Shown in pieces: positions 52,057 through 64,000 of a stretch of 64,000 nucleotides of DNA; position 1 is the stretch's first letter; the number at the start of each line of letters is the position of its first letter. The position numbers and the translations under genes were made by a program. The stretch comes from the human T2T-CHM13v2.0 reference genome, Homo sapiens. Below the pieces are notes generated by a model. That model ran no database searches, was not told where the DNA came from, and was given only the letters and a program-made list of their open reading frames with translations. The stretch is taken from the NCBI RefSeq assembly GCF_009914755.1, contig NC_060926.1; one strand, given 5' to 3'.

Positions 52057-53495
52057 GTTCTGAGGGTTTGAAAAGAATCTGTAAAATGCCACCATTACAT
52101 TTTATTCGTGAAAGAAAAAAAGCTGTAGCTCCTATAAAGATAACTTACACTGTTGAAAATTTTTGGTCATTAAAAAATAAAAAAATTTATCACCTACTTG
52201 TATAAACAGTTTCTTATCGATGGTAAGTAGCAGGAAGTTGAAGAACTGATCATTAAAGTCTTGATCAGAACCTGATGGTGACTAGTTCAAACAAAAAAAA
52301 CCCACCCCAAAATAGAAAGGTATGCTCATATCTATGAGCAAAATAAGTAATTATAAACATTGAAAAATGTTATTTGGAAGTTTAATATAAACTTAATATT
52401 AAATATCTATGCTCATATACAGTACTTTGTATTTTATATTTCTAATTTTAACAGCATAATGTAAAAAATGTACAATGAATAGTTCATCAAACACCCCACA
52501 GCCCTCTAAATCCTGTCCAGTATCTTCTGTGTGGTCTGAGCAGGGCTGGGGAGCCCGGGCCAGTTCTGCCGCAGGAGAGTGTAGAAAGCTGAGCCAGCTG
52601 TGGCTTCTGGCTTTTCTTGAGACATCAAGAAACGTAGCAGAGAAATTCACTTCAGCACACAGCGTGATGCACCCAAGTGTTGGTTAAAAGTGGTGTGATG
52701 AATGAGAATGAAGCTGGGCTACCATTGTTCTTCACATTTAAATCTCCGCACTGAGAATGTTGGTGTTCTTCTTAGCCACATCTGAATATTTGAAAATTTG
52801 GAAAGAACTAACTTTCAGATGATCCAGTCATTGGCAAACTCTCATACTGTCTTCTGAGCATAAACTGAAAACAGCGTTTCAAATTCTCTTTCATAGAAAC
52901 TCAAATTACTTTTGTAAGTGGCTCTTGTAGGCAAAAAAAAGGGAGAGAGGAAACAGGAAGAAACAAGTCGGGTTAATTGTCTTAACCGTGCTGGGGCTCA
53001 GGATCAGGAGGTCGAAAGGACAAGGAAACAGACATATGCCAGAAGCACTCGTGACTGGCACGTTGAGACTTGCCCTCCCTTGTGAGGATTTTCTTTCTTT
53101 TGTGTTGTTTTTTTTTTCCTTTCTGTTGCTTTTCTTAATGAGTAGAAATGAGAATCAAGCGTCAGGGCAACTCTTGGAAAACAAAAAAAAAAAGACACCA
53201 AAGCACTCTTCATGGTGAGCCAGGCCATATGGTCAGAGGTGGGCTGGATAGGAGCTCACCCTGCCAGATGTCCTTGGGCAATCGTGGGCAGGTCACTTGA
53301 CTTTCCTTGAGCCCCAGTTTTCTCAAGTGTTCAGTAAACATACCAATGCCTTTTTCTGCAACACCCTGTGTAAGAAGGGGAGGAGGCAAGGTCTTCGAAA
53401 GAATATTATACTCACAAGAGGCTGTTCTCAATTTGTGGCATCATTCCTTATGCAGTGCAAACCCAGCAACATTTGTCATATTCAAAATATTTTCA

Positions 53496-53800
53496 GCCAG
53501 GCGTGGTGGCTCACGCCTGTAATCCCAACACTTTTGATGGCCGAGGAGAGAGGATTGCTTGAACCTAGTAGTTCAAGACCAGCCTGGGCAACATAGGGAG
53601 ACCCTGTCTCTATAAAAAATAAAAAAGAAATTAGCCAGGGATGGTGGCATGCAATTGTGGTCCCAGCTGCTCAGGAAGCTGAGGTGGGAGGATCACTTGA
53701 GCCTCAAAGCTCAAGGCTGCACTGGGCTGTAATCACACCATGGCACTCTAGATGGGGCAACAGAGCAAGACTCCATCTCAAAAAAAAAAAGAAAAAGAAA
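53496..53800 (+). mobile_element. AluJ-type SINE
   Basis: Alu consensus. Confidence 0.9.
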
Positions 53801-54589
53801 CATTTTCCCTGATTGTTTCATCAACTCCCTCCAAAATAAACACAGTCATTCATAATTTGAAAAGAGAAAGAGATAGTATTTCGCCTTAGCCAGAAATGCA
53901 CAGTTGGGGAAGTTCAGAGTGAAGGAGGAGGCCCTCAGTCCTCACCTCAAACAGCCACTGGGCTCAGGAGCTGGAACTACCTTCCTCTTGTCTATCCTGG
54001 GGTTTAGCTACTGATGATACAAGCCTCATTGCGCCTCTCCCCAATATGTGGGTTATGACAAGCAATGGTGGCTTGCTTTACCAGGAGCATTTGGGGACAT
54101 GTGGTGGGTCAGAATGCTATCCCAGGAAGGGGATATTCCCTCTCTGCCTCCATGTCTGCCAGACCTAGCAGAGGTTCCCCACCTGGGAAATGGGCCAAAC
54201 CACAGTCTCTTCTTTTACAGAGCAGGCTGATTCTAGCCAGACCAGTTCTGATTCATGAAAGTCAAGACTTTTGTAACTTTTCCTGGTCAATGGCAAAAGC
54301 AAGTTGGAACTTCTGCTGAGTCCGTGGGAAAGTAACTGACCCAATAATAAACTAGCTACAACAGCAACTTAACTTCTCTAAAGATGTTTAGTAACTGAGT
54401 GACAAATGAGAAAATGGGAAGTTTTGTTTTCTTTAATAAATGTTTCAATGATGCACAATGTTCCTATCCTTAGATTTTATTTTCTTTCTTTTAAAGCTCT
54501 AAGTGAGAATAGCAGCAAAACTCCCATTCTATTTAACTTTAAAAGGCATATATAATTACTTAATTTTTTGTTATTTAAATGCAATAATT

Positions 54590-54878
54590 CTGGGCATGGT
54601 GGCTCATGCCTGTAATATCAGCACTTTGGAAGGCAGAGGTGGGAGGATTGCTTGAGCCCAGGAGTTCAAGACCAGTCTGGGCAACATGGTGCAATCCCAT
54701 CTCTACAAAAAACACAAAAATTAGCTGGGCATGGTGCCACATGCCTGCAGTCTCAGCAACTTCAGAGGCTGAGGTGGGAGGATCACTTGAGCCACAGAGG
54801 TCGAGGCAGCAGTGAGTCATAATCATGCCACTGCACTTCAGCCTGGGCAACAGAGACCCTGTCTCAAAATAAATAAAT
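54590..54878 (+). mobile_element. AluJ-type SINE
   Basis: Alu consensus. Confidence 0.9.
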
Positions 54879-55215
54879 GTAATAATTACTTCTAGAAACT
54901 GTAACCTGTGGACCACTATTTTAGAATATTTTTACATACAATCTCTCTTATTTAAATGGGATTCCATGGATAGATATATGAAAGAGAAACCAGAGAATTA
55001 TATCTATTAACTCTTTCTATTCCTTAAGGACATGATAACTGTTAATTAATAGATTTATTGAGACTATACACTTAAACATTCTAATGAAGAAAGTGTTTTC
55101 GAACAACAATCATATGAGGTCACCTATAACCCACTCATCCATTTGCAAATATTCACTGAGAGGAAGGCCCTGTTCTGGGCATTGGGATCTTGCAAAGAAA
55201 GGCAGTCTAGGCCTT

Positions 55216-55251
55216 ATCACTTCTTGGCCTTTTGGCTAAGATCAAGTGTAG
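55216..55251 (+). pseudogene. 3'-truncated (tailless) U2 snRNA retropseudogene, first ~35 nt
   Basis: ATCACTTCTTGGCCTTTTGGCTAAGATCAAGTGTAG vs U2 5' end ATCGCTTCTCGGCCTTTTGGCTAAGATCAAGTGTAG; 20-bp TSD. Confidence 0.92.
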
Positions 55252-55338
55252 AAAGGCAGTCTAGTCCTTGCTGTCTTGAATAACAGTCCAAAGGAGGGAA
55301 CAGGTGGCTTTGGATGAATCATTTTCTTTTAACTATAG

Positions 55339-55637
<299 letters not shown>

Positions 55638-56247
55638 CATCATTTTCTTTTAAAGAATATTCTTCAGAATACTCTGACTTCCACATTTTGTTGAAGTCCA
55701 TTCGTAGCATAGTGAAGCAGAGCAGCCACACCTGTAGATGCTATTTAGAGACTCTACAAGAAACCTCCAGAAAAGGGACAGAATGCCTTTCCTGGAAGCA
55801 AGCTCCAAGGCCCGGCCCCACATGACTTAAAATTAAAGGGCCATCAGCTGGGGCTTAAAAATCAAAATCCCATTATACCACAGTCTGAGCAGTTCAAGGG
55901 GATGCAGGCTGCTGATTTAACTCCACAAGTAGTAATGGCTTGTTTTAACAAACATAGTTTCTCATCATAAAAATGTGTAATTCGCCAGTTTTTTCATCCA
56001 TACTTCATACTAGATTATCTCTAACGATCTATCTTCAAGTTTGCTAATTCTTCTTCTCTCAGCTCACAGCTACTATTGAGGCCCTCTAGTGAGTTTTTCA
56101 TTTCAGTTATTGTACTTTTTCAACTCCAGAAATTCCATTCAGTTATTTTAATCACTTCTATCTCTTAATTGATATTCTCTGTTTAATTTTAAATTCAAAA
56201 ATATACAACGTGGTGTTCTTTAGTTTTCCAAACATATTTGCAAATAG

Positions 56248-56941
<694 letters not shown>

Positions 56942-57419
56942 CATTTATCTGCTAAGTTCAATATCTAGGCCTCGCCAGAGACAGTTTCTATTGGCTTTTT
57001 TCCTCCATGAGATAACTTTCTTGTTTACTTGCATATTTTGTATGTTTTTATTGAAACTGGATATTTCAGATCATAGATTTCAGAAACTCTGGATTCTAAA
57101 GTACCCCTCTCCCAGAGGTGGTTATTATCACTGTGTGTTTGTTTAGCAATTTGCCTGAATTAATTCTATAGATGGTGTTTCTCCTGTAGTGTTTGAGCAC
57201 TAATGTCTCTGCTCAGTTGCTTTTTAAAAATTATACTTTTTTAAATGTTGAAGCCTGACTTTCAACAAGGCACCCCTGGATCAACGTAGCTTAGTAATAA
57301 GCCGATTGATTGGTCAGAGGTTGTGCTTAAACATCTTGAGCCAGTATGATTTCTACATTTTGCTTTCTGTGGCTTGCAGAATACAGTGCAAGTTCAGGAA
57401 GTTTCTTGTTTATCCAGGA

Positions 57420-59180
57420 GTAAATAATTCAGTAAGTGTAAATGGATTAATCATTCCGGTAAAAAGACAAAGGTTGTCACGCTAGATAAAAAGAGATGTA
57501 TATCCTGCAAAAAAATTAGCTGGGTGTGGTGGAGCATGCCTGTAATCCTAGCTACTCGGGAGGCAGAGGCAGGAGAATCCCTTCAACCAGGGAGCTGGAG
57601 GTTGCAGTGAGCCGAGATCGCGCCACAGCACTCTAGCCTGATGACAGAGTGAGACTCTGTCTCAAAAAAAAAAAAAAAAAAAAGAGATGTATATCCTGAA
57701 TATATAAAGAACACTTGCAACTCAACAATGAAAGGACAAATAACTCAATTTAAAAATAGGCAAAGGATTCAAATATACATTTCTCCTAAGAAGGTTTATA
57801 AGTTGCCAATAAGCACATGAAAAGATGTTCAACATCATTAGTCATTAGGGAAATTCAAATTATAACCACAAGATACCACTTCACACCCACTAGGATGGAT
57901 ATAATCTAAAAGACAGGCAACAACAAGGGTTGGAAAGGAGGTAGAATAATTGGAACCCTCATTCATGGCTGAATTATAAACATTCAGTTCATAATTCAGC
58001 TGTGAATGAGGGTTCCAATTATTCTAAATTCTAAAATTCATACGTTGAAGCTCTGAATCCCAGCTGTATTTTTATTAGATGGGACCTCTAAATAAATAAT
58101 TAATGTTAAATGAGGTCAAAAGGGTGGGGCTCCAATCTGATAGGATTAGTGTCCTTAATAGGAAGAAACACCAAAGAGCTCAATTGCATTCTTTCTGCAT
58201 GCATGCACAAAGAATAGGTCATGAGAGCACACATTGAGAAGGTGGCCATCTGCAATCCAAGGAGAGAACCCTCACCAGACACCAACCTTGCTGGCACCTT
58301 GATCTTAGATTTTCAGTCTCCAGAACTGTATTTCTGTTGTTTACACCACCTAGTCTATGCTATTTTATTAAGGCAGCTGATGGGAATGTAAAATGGTACA
58401 GCTGCTTTGCAAAACAGTTTGGCGGTTCCTCAAAAAGTTAAACATAGAATTACCATATGACCCAGCAATTCCACTGTTAGTTACATAGCCAGAAGAATTG
58501 AAGCACGTCTTTAAATAAAAACTTGTACATAAATGTTCATAGCAGCACTATTCACAATAGCCAAAAGATAGAAAGGAACTAAATGTTCATCAATAGATGA
58601 ATGGATAAAACAAAATGTGGTATATATGTACAATGGAATATTATTCAGCCTTAAAGAGGAAGGAAATTCTGACACATGCTACAACATGGATGAACCTTGA
58701 AGATAGTATGCTAAGTGAAAGAAGCCAGTCAGGAAAGAGTAAATATTGTATGATATTCAACTTATATGAGGTTCACAGAGTAATTAGATTTATAGAGACA
58801 GCAGAATGGTGACTGCCAGGGGCTGTGGGGAGGAAGGAATGGGGACTTAATGTTTACTGAGTATAGAGTTTTAGCTGGGGAAGATGAAAAAGTTCTGGAG
58901 ATGGATAGTGGTAATCGTTGCACAACAATGTGAATTTCCTTAATGCTATAAAACCGTACACTTAAAAATGGCTAAGATGATAAATGTTATGTTGTGTATA
59001 TTTTACCACAAATAAAAAAGAGTGAATTTTATGGTATGTGTGAATTATATCTTAATTAAATCATTGTAAAAAATAATGACTCACACCAAACAAATAGCAT
59101 AAAGGGGAGAAGAACCCACATGATTATCTCAGTAGACACAGAAAAAATATCTGTAAAAATCAGCATTCATTCATAATAAA
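57420..59180 (+). mobile_element. Old L1 (L1MB-like) 3' region containing an Alu right monomer (57510-57683) and an MLT1-type LTR (~58030-58377)
   Basis: ORF 58615..58812 MWYICTMEYYSALKRKEILTHATTWMNLED matches the L1 ORF2 C-terminus; Alu TSD agagatgtatatcctg. Confidence 0.85.
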
Positions 59181-59899
59181 AACTCTCACAAAACTGAATT
59201 TATATGTTTTGACAGAGAGTTCATTTAATACTTGGAGCTGAAACAAACAAATAAAACTCAAAATAAACAACAAAACTAAAAACCAACCACCTCTCCCAAT
59301 CTTTGCAAGTTAGCTCTATGCTGGGACGCACCTTCAGCACTTAGCAAGGCTCACCCTGAGCCTAGGGTCAGCCTTCAGTGAACACTTAGTATCTTCTCAA
59401 GTCTTTTCTAAGCATAGATTTTGCCTGGGTGTGTTTGTGGCTTTCTAAATTCCTTGGTATACATGGCTGCTTTTGCATGTCCTAAGTTCCCAAAAACATC
59501 TCACCCCAGATTCTCCTTTAGGCCTTTGATGGTCTATCGTACGTCTCTACCCAGAATCTCTTGCCTTAGGCATCCATGGGTCTGTAGTCACCTGGCAGTT
59601 TTTATGAGTGATACCCACCATTTTTCTTCCTGAGTTCCAAGTTAGGGAAGACAGAGAGAAGCACCTTGTGTTCACCCTTCAGATATCCCGTGGAGAAGTT
59701 AGAACAGGTGTACATAATAATTTGTAAATAAACTCTGCTCTGTCCCCTCTGCTTTGAGAGAGAGAGAACTGGGAATCCAGCTTCTGCAGTTTCAAGACTG
59801 AGACTGCCACTGCAGCAGTGGGTGGGGGTGGGGTCATGCTGGGCAAAGATAAAATCACTACAAAACTTTTCAACCACTTTGAAGATTTCATTTCATTTC

Positions 59900-60143
<244 letters not shown>

Positions 60144-60674
60144 TGAAGTGAAGAACAATCCTTCGAGTTTTCTAGTCTGCCATTTTGTTGACATCACTGT
60201 CTCCTTTGCTTTAGAAAGATATTTCTGCTGGGTATAGTATTGTAGATTGAAAGAATTTTTTATGTCAACGTTTTTTTTTTTTTTTTTTTTTTGCAGGTGC
60301 AAGATTTAATAGAGTGAAAACAGAGCTCCCATAAAATGGAAGGAGACCCAAAGGGGGTTGCCGTTGCCGGCTCGAATGCCTGGGTTTCTATCCCAATCAT
60401 TGTCCCTCCCCCTGTACTCTCAGGTGATAGATATTAGCTATTTCTTTACCTCCTGTTTTTGCCTAATTAGCATTTTAGTGAGCTCTCTTTACTACCTGAT
60501 TGGTCGGGTGTGAGCTAAGTTGCAAGCCCTGTGTTTAAAGGTGGATACAGTCACCTTCCCAGCTAGGCTTAGGGATTCTTAGCCGGCCTAGGAAACGCAG
60601 CTAGTCCTGTCTCTCAGTCCCTCCTCTCAACAGGAAAACCCAAGTGCTGTTGGGGAGGCGGGCCAGCGACTGCT

Positions 60675-60910
60675 CTAACTGCTTCCTTCTGAACTAGGGC
60701 GCAGTAGGGGTCATGCAGTTGAGATTTCCTCGGGAGGGGTGCCTTTGATGTCATCAACATCGAAGCATGGGCTAGCAGGCTGGTCCAGGGGGCTGCGGTA
60801 GATCTTAGTCCTCGACTGCACCTGGGGCTCCATTTGAAGAACGATTTGTAGTTTTACAGCTTCGATTCTGGAAGAGACAAACTTAACAAGGAGGTTAAAA
60901 AGATACAGGG
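60675..60910 (-). pseudogene. HERV-W env TM cytoplasmic tail remnant
   Basis: FNLLVKFVSSRIEAVKLQIVLQMEPQVQSRTKIYRSPLDQPASP...IKGTPPEEISTA* (premature stop). Confidence 0.9.
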
Positions 60911-61174
60911 ATTGAAATGTATGGCCTGCAGTGCAGGGGATTATTTCTTTGGCACACTTCACAGGCCCTGACTATCTGCTTGTTAGTTTTGAAAAGGCCT
61001 GGTCCAGTAAATAAAGATTCAGCCATCTGATGAGTGCTATCAATGCCTAAGTGAAAGGTTTGGTGAAGAGTTTTAAGTAATTTCCATTGGTTAGCTGCAG
61101 GCAAAAGTATTTTTCCTTCTTTGGTGGCTAACCATCCTGAGGGGAGGAAACTATGTCCTCATGAGGTTCCCCAT

Positions 61175-61629
61175 TGTCAGGCCTCTGAGCCCAAGCTAAG
61201 CCATCGTATCTCCTGTGACCTGCACGTATACATCCAAATGGCCTGAAGCAAGTGAAGAATCACAGAAGTGAAAATGGCCTGTTCCTGCCTTAACTGATGA
61301 CATTCCACCACAAAAGAAGTGAAAATGGCCTGTCTCTGCCTTAACTGATGACATTACCTTGTGAAATTCCTTCTCCTGGCTCATCCTGGCTCAAAAGCTC
61401 CCCCACTGAGCACCTTGTGACCCCCACCCCTGCCCGCCGGAGAACAACCCCCCTTTGACTGTAATTTTCCTTTACCTACCCAAATCTTATAAAACGGCCC
61501 CACCCCATCTCCCTTCGCTGACTCTCTTTTCGGATTCAGCCCGCCTGCACCCAGGTGAAATAAATAGCCTTGTTGCTCACACCAAGCCTGTTTGGTGGTC
61601 TCTTCCCACAGAGGTGGATGCGAGTGAAA
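61175..61629 (+). mobile_element. HERV-H LTR7-family solo LTR nested in HERV-W pol
   Basis: TGTCAGGCCTCTGAGCCCAAGCTAAGCCATC...GAGTGAAA; perfect TSD CCCAT (61170, 61630); TATAAAA at 61488. Confidence 0.95.
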
Positions 61630-62339
61630 CCCATCTATTTCTCCTGCTGAGTAGTGGGGCTTGGTTTCCCAGAGGGGACTACCCCATACTAGGGATACTT
61701 CTATAAGCATTTCTAATGGAGGGTCCCGCCTTGTGGCTCTTTCGGCTTCAATATCCACTTGGCGGTTCCCTTCTATTTCCCTTTCCTTTCTTTTCTGATG
61801 ACCCCGGCAGTGTAAGACTGCCACCTCTTTAGGTTTCTGTACAGCCAATAATAATCTCCTAATGGCTTCCTGATGTTTGATAGGTGTTCCTTCAGAAGTT
61901 AGGAATTCCCTTTCTCTCCATATTGCTGCGTGAGCATGGAGGACTAGGTAAGCATACTTAGAGTCTGTATATATATTTACCCATTTTCCTTCTCCTAATT
62001 CTAGTGTATAATGGCCCTTGCTTTTGCTAGGATGTCTCTCCCTAAGAAAGGAGTGGGGCTTTCAGGCATAATTAGAAAGGCATGTGAAAAGAGTAAAGGT
62101 CCCCAGTCACAGCTTGGCAGCTGGGAGAAGTACCTAGTGACTGCCTGTCCTAGGACCCCTCGGATAGCGACAGATCTGGAAGACAGTTGTCCAGGACAGA
62201 AGAGTAAGACTGAGAAGGCCGTGCCAGTGTCCAGGAGACAGTTAACCTCCTAGCTTTCAATGGTCAGGCATACCCGGGGCTCTGTGAGGGTGATGGCATG
62301 GGCTGGCACCTGCCCCAGGCCCCCTCAGTCCTGCTGCTG

Positions 62340-63359
62340 GATCATCTGGTTAGTGGCTTCTGATTCAGAGGACCTTCATCCCCTGGGGCAGTGGGCCTTC
62401 CAGTGATTCCCTTGACATAAGGGGCATGGATGAGGGGGTGGCTTATTTCTATTCAGACAATCTTTTTTAAAGTGTCCTCATCGACCGCACTGGAAGCAAG
62501 CCCTATTAGGCATTTCATTTGCCCAGCTGTTCCGTGTTCCAGAGCCTCCAAAGTCCGCTTGCCTGAGGGTCATGACTAAAGCAGTGGCCTTTTTCTTATC
62601 TCGTTTGTCCTGTTCTGCCTGCTCCTCCTGATCTCTATTATAAAAAACCAAGGTTGCCAAGTTCAATAGGGTTTCTAAGTTTTGCTCCAGGCCTAAAGCG
62701 GACTTTTGAAGTTTTTTTTTTTCTAATGTCTGCAGCTGACTGAGTGATAAACTTATCCTTTAAGATTAGTTGGCCTTCAATAGAGTCAGGTGACAGGGAG
62801 GTATGCTTCCTCGATGCCTCCCTTAGTCTCTCCAGAAAGGCAGTAGGATTTTCTTCCTTTCCCTGTGTTATAGTGGATATCATTGAATAATTTATAGGCT
62901 CCTTCCTAGTTTTCCTTAGTCCTTCTAGCACACAAGTTAGTAAATGTCTGCGGCACCAATCTCCATGTTCTGATTCTGCGTCCCAGTGAGGGTCTATGCT
63001 GGGAACTGCCTGCTGGTCTGTGGGGAATTGTTCTCTTTCCTCTATTGTCACCCTATCATTGACCTGACTGAGATACCAGAGATCTCCAAACTCTAGGGCT
63101 GCAGTTATGATGGCACTTCTGTCATTTGGGGTTAGTGTCTGATCTAGCAGTAACGTTATATCTCTCCATGTCAGATCAAAGGATTGTCCTAACCCTTGTT
63201 AAACATCAATATAGCCATCAGGGTTATCTGATAATTTACCTAGGTCTATTTTAATTTGCTTCGAGTCTGACAGGGAAAAAGGTACATACACTCTGACTGG
63301 GCCGAATTCTCCAGAATACATCTTAGGGGCGTTTTTGCCTTGTGGGGAACGTTTCCCAT
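62340..63359 (-). pseudogene. HERV-W gag remnant (deleted, frameshifted)
   Basis: ATG GGA AAC GTT CCC at 63359; FGPVRVYVPFSLSD..KIDLGKLSDNPDGYIDV; ITQGKEENPTAFLERLREA (MHR); CFQCG knuckle. Confidence 0.9.
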
Positions 63360-64000
63360 CTGAGAAAAAAAAAAACATAGGGATGTCAGCACCCCTAGTC
63401 ATTTTCCAATGAGCATTAGTCCTAGAGCATCCTCTATGGTCCTAATGCTTATTCCTTTCCAGTGTGCGTAATCACCCATGGACTTCTGCTTATTGGAGTA
63501 GTTACGCTCACCAATGTAGCAGTCCTGCACCTGTTTTCCTGCCTTTCTTGACCACAAAGAAAGGGGTCCAGGCTGCTGGATTCTAGTGGTCCTTTACCAG
63601 CGTGCCCAACATTGCCTTTGTGCTCAGGGGTGAGTCCTAAAGCTGGGCTGGGTTCCTGAGTATTTCATAACAACCCAGCTGCCCCATTAAGATGCATTCC
63701 TATAAACAACAGTTCTTATGGAAATTCATTTCAGAGGGTGTAGGTAACCTTTTGAGTCAGGATTGAGATAGAATTTTTTTTTTTGATTCTGTAAGTACTT
63801 TAAGGCTTGGCTGAGTGCAAACAGCTCCCAGTTTGAGCAGATCAATTATTAGGCAATTTTCCTAACTCTGTTTCCACAAGAGTCTCCCTATCAATTACTG
63901 AATACCCATTGTGTTTTTTTTTTTCCCTCAATCACCTGGGAGGAACCATCTATTGTCCTGTCCTGAAGGGAGTTCCTTCTAGGTCTGGCTGGGCCTTTGT

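Larger units (their letters stand above)
60271..64000 (-). mobile_element. HERV-W (HERV17/LTR17) processed pseudogene with defective gag-pro-pol-env remnants; continues past the window end
   Basis: Poly(A) (T-run 60271-60292) joined to the R end of LTR17 (U3-R 60293-60616, starts TGAGAGACAGGACTAGCTG); PPT; syncytin-like env tail; RNase H YTDSKY; protease LLDTG; gag CA and zinc-knuckle remnants. Confidence 0.95.

Noticed and set aside
60675-63402. Functional retroviral or domesticated gene (syncytin-like, gag)
   Set aside because: Stops, frameshifts, three large deletions and an LTR7 insertion; the longest ORFs are fragments (61381..61848 is chimeric with LTR7 antisense sequence).

Overview
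Primate (almost certainly human, chr2q13) genomic DNA. It holds the 3' portion of the MERTK receptor tyrosine kinase gene on the + strand: 12 GT-AG coding exons (canonical exons 8-19, 3793-49810) that splice into one frame covering FN3 repeat 2, the transmembrane helix, the TAM-family kinase domain (KWIAIES) and the C-tail, plus a ~0.5 kb 3'UTR. Introns and the 3' flank are full of Alu, old L1, MaLR/ERVL/ERV1 LTRs and Tigger/MER DNA transposons. From 60271 to the window end lies a minus-strand HERV-W processed pseudogene (poly(A) tail, no U5, three internal deletions) with a HERV-H LTR7 solo LTR nested inside it. I found no new multi-gene system. The least-explained structures are a 96-bp near-identical direct repeat bracketing exon 15 with a CTAGTTC x3 junction scar, a cluster of AGGTCA nuclear-receptor half-sites in intron 8, two fold-back palindromes (48166-48316, 57942-58026), a tailless U2 snRNA retro-fragment with a 20-bp TSD, and an Alu whose poly(A) tail is replaced by a C/G tract. 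Repeat subfamily names are from memory of consensus sequences; repeat boundaries without a stated TSD are approximate.
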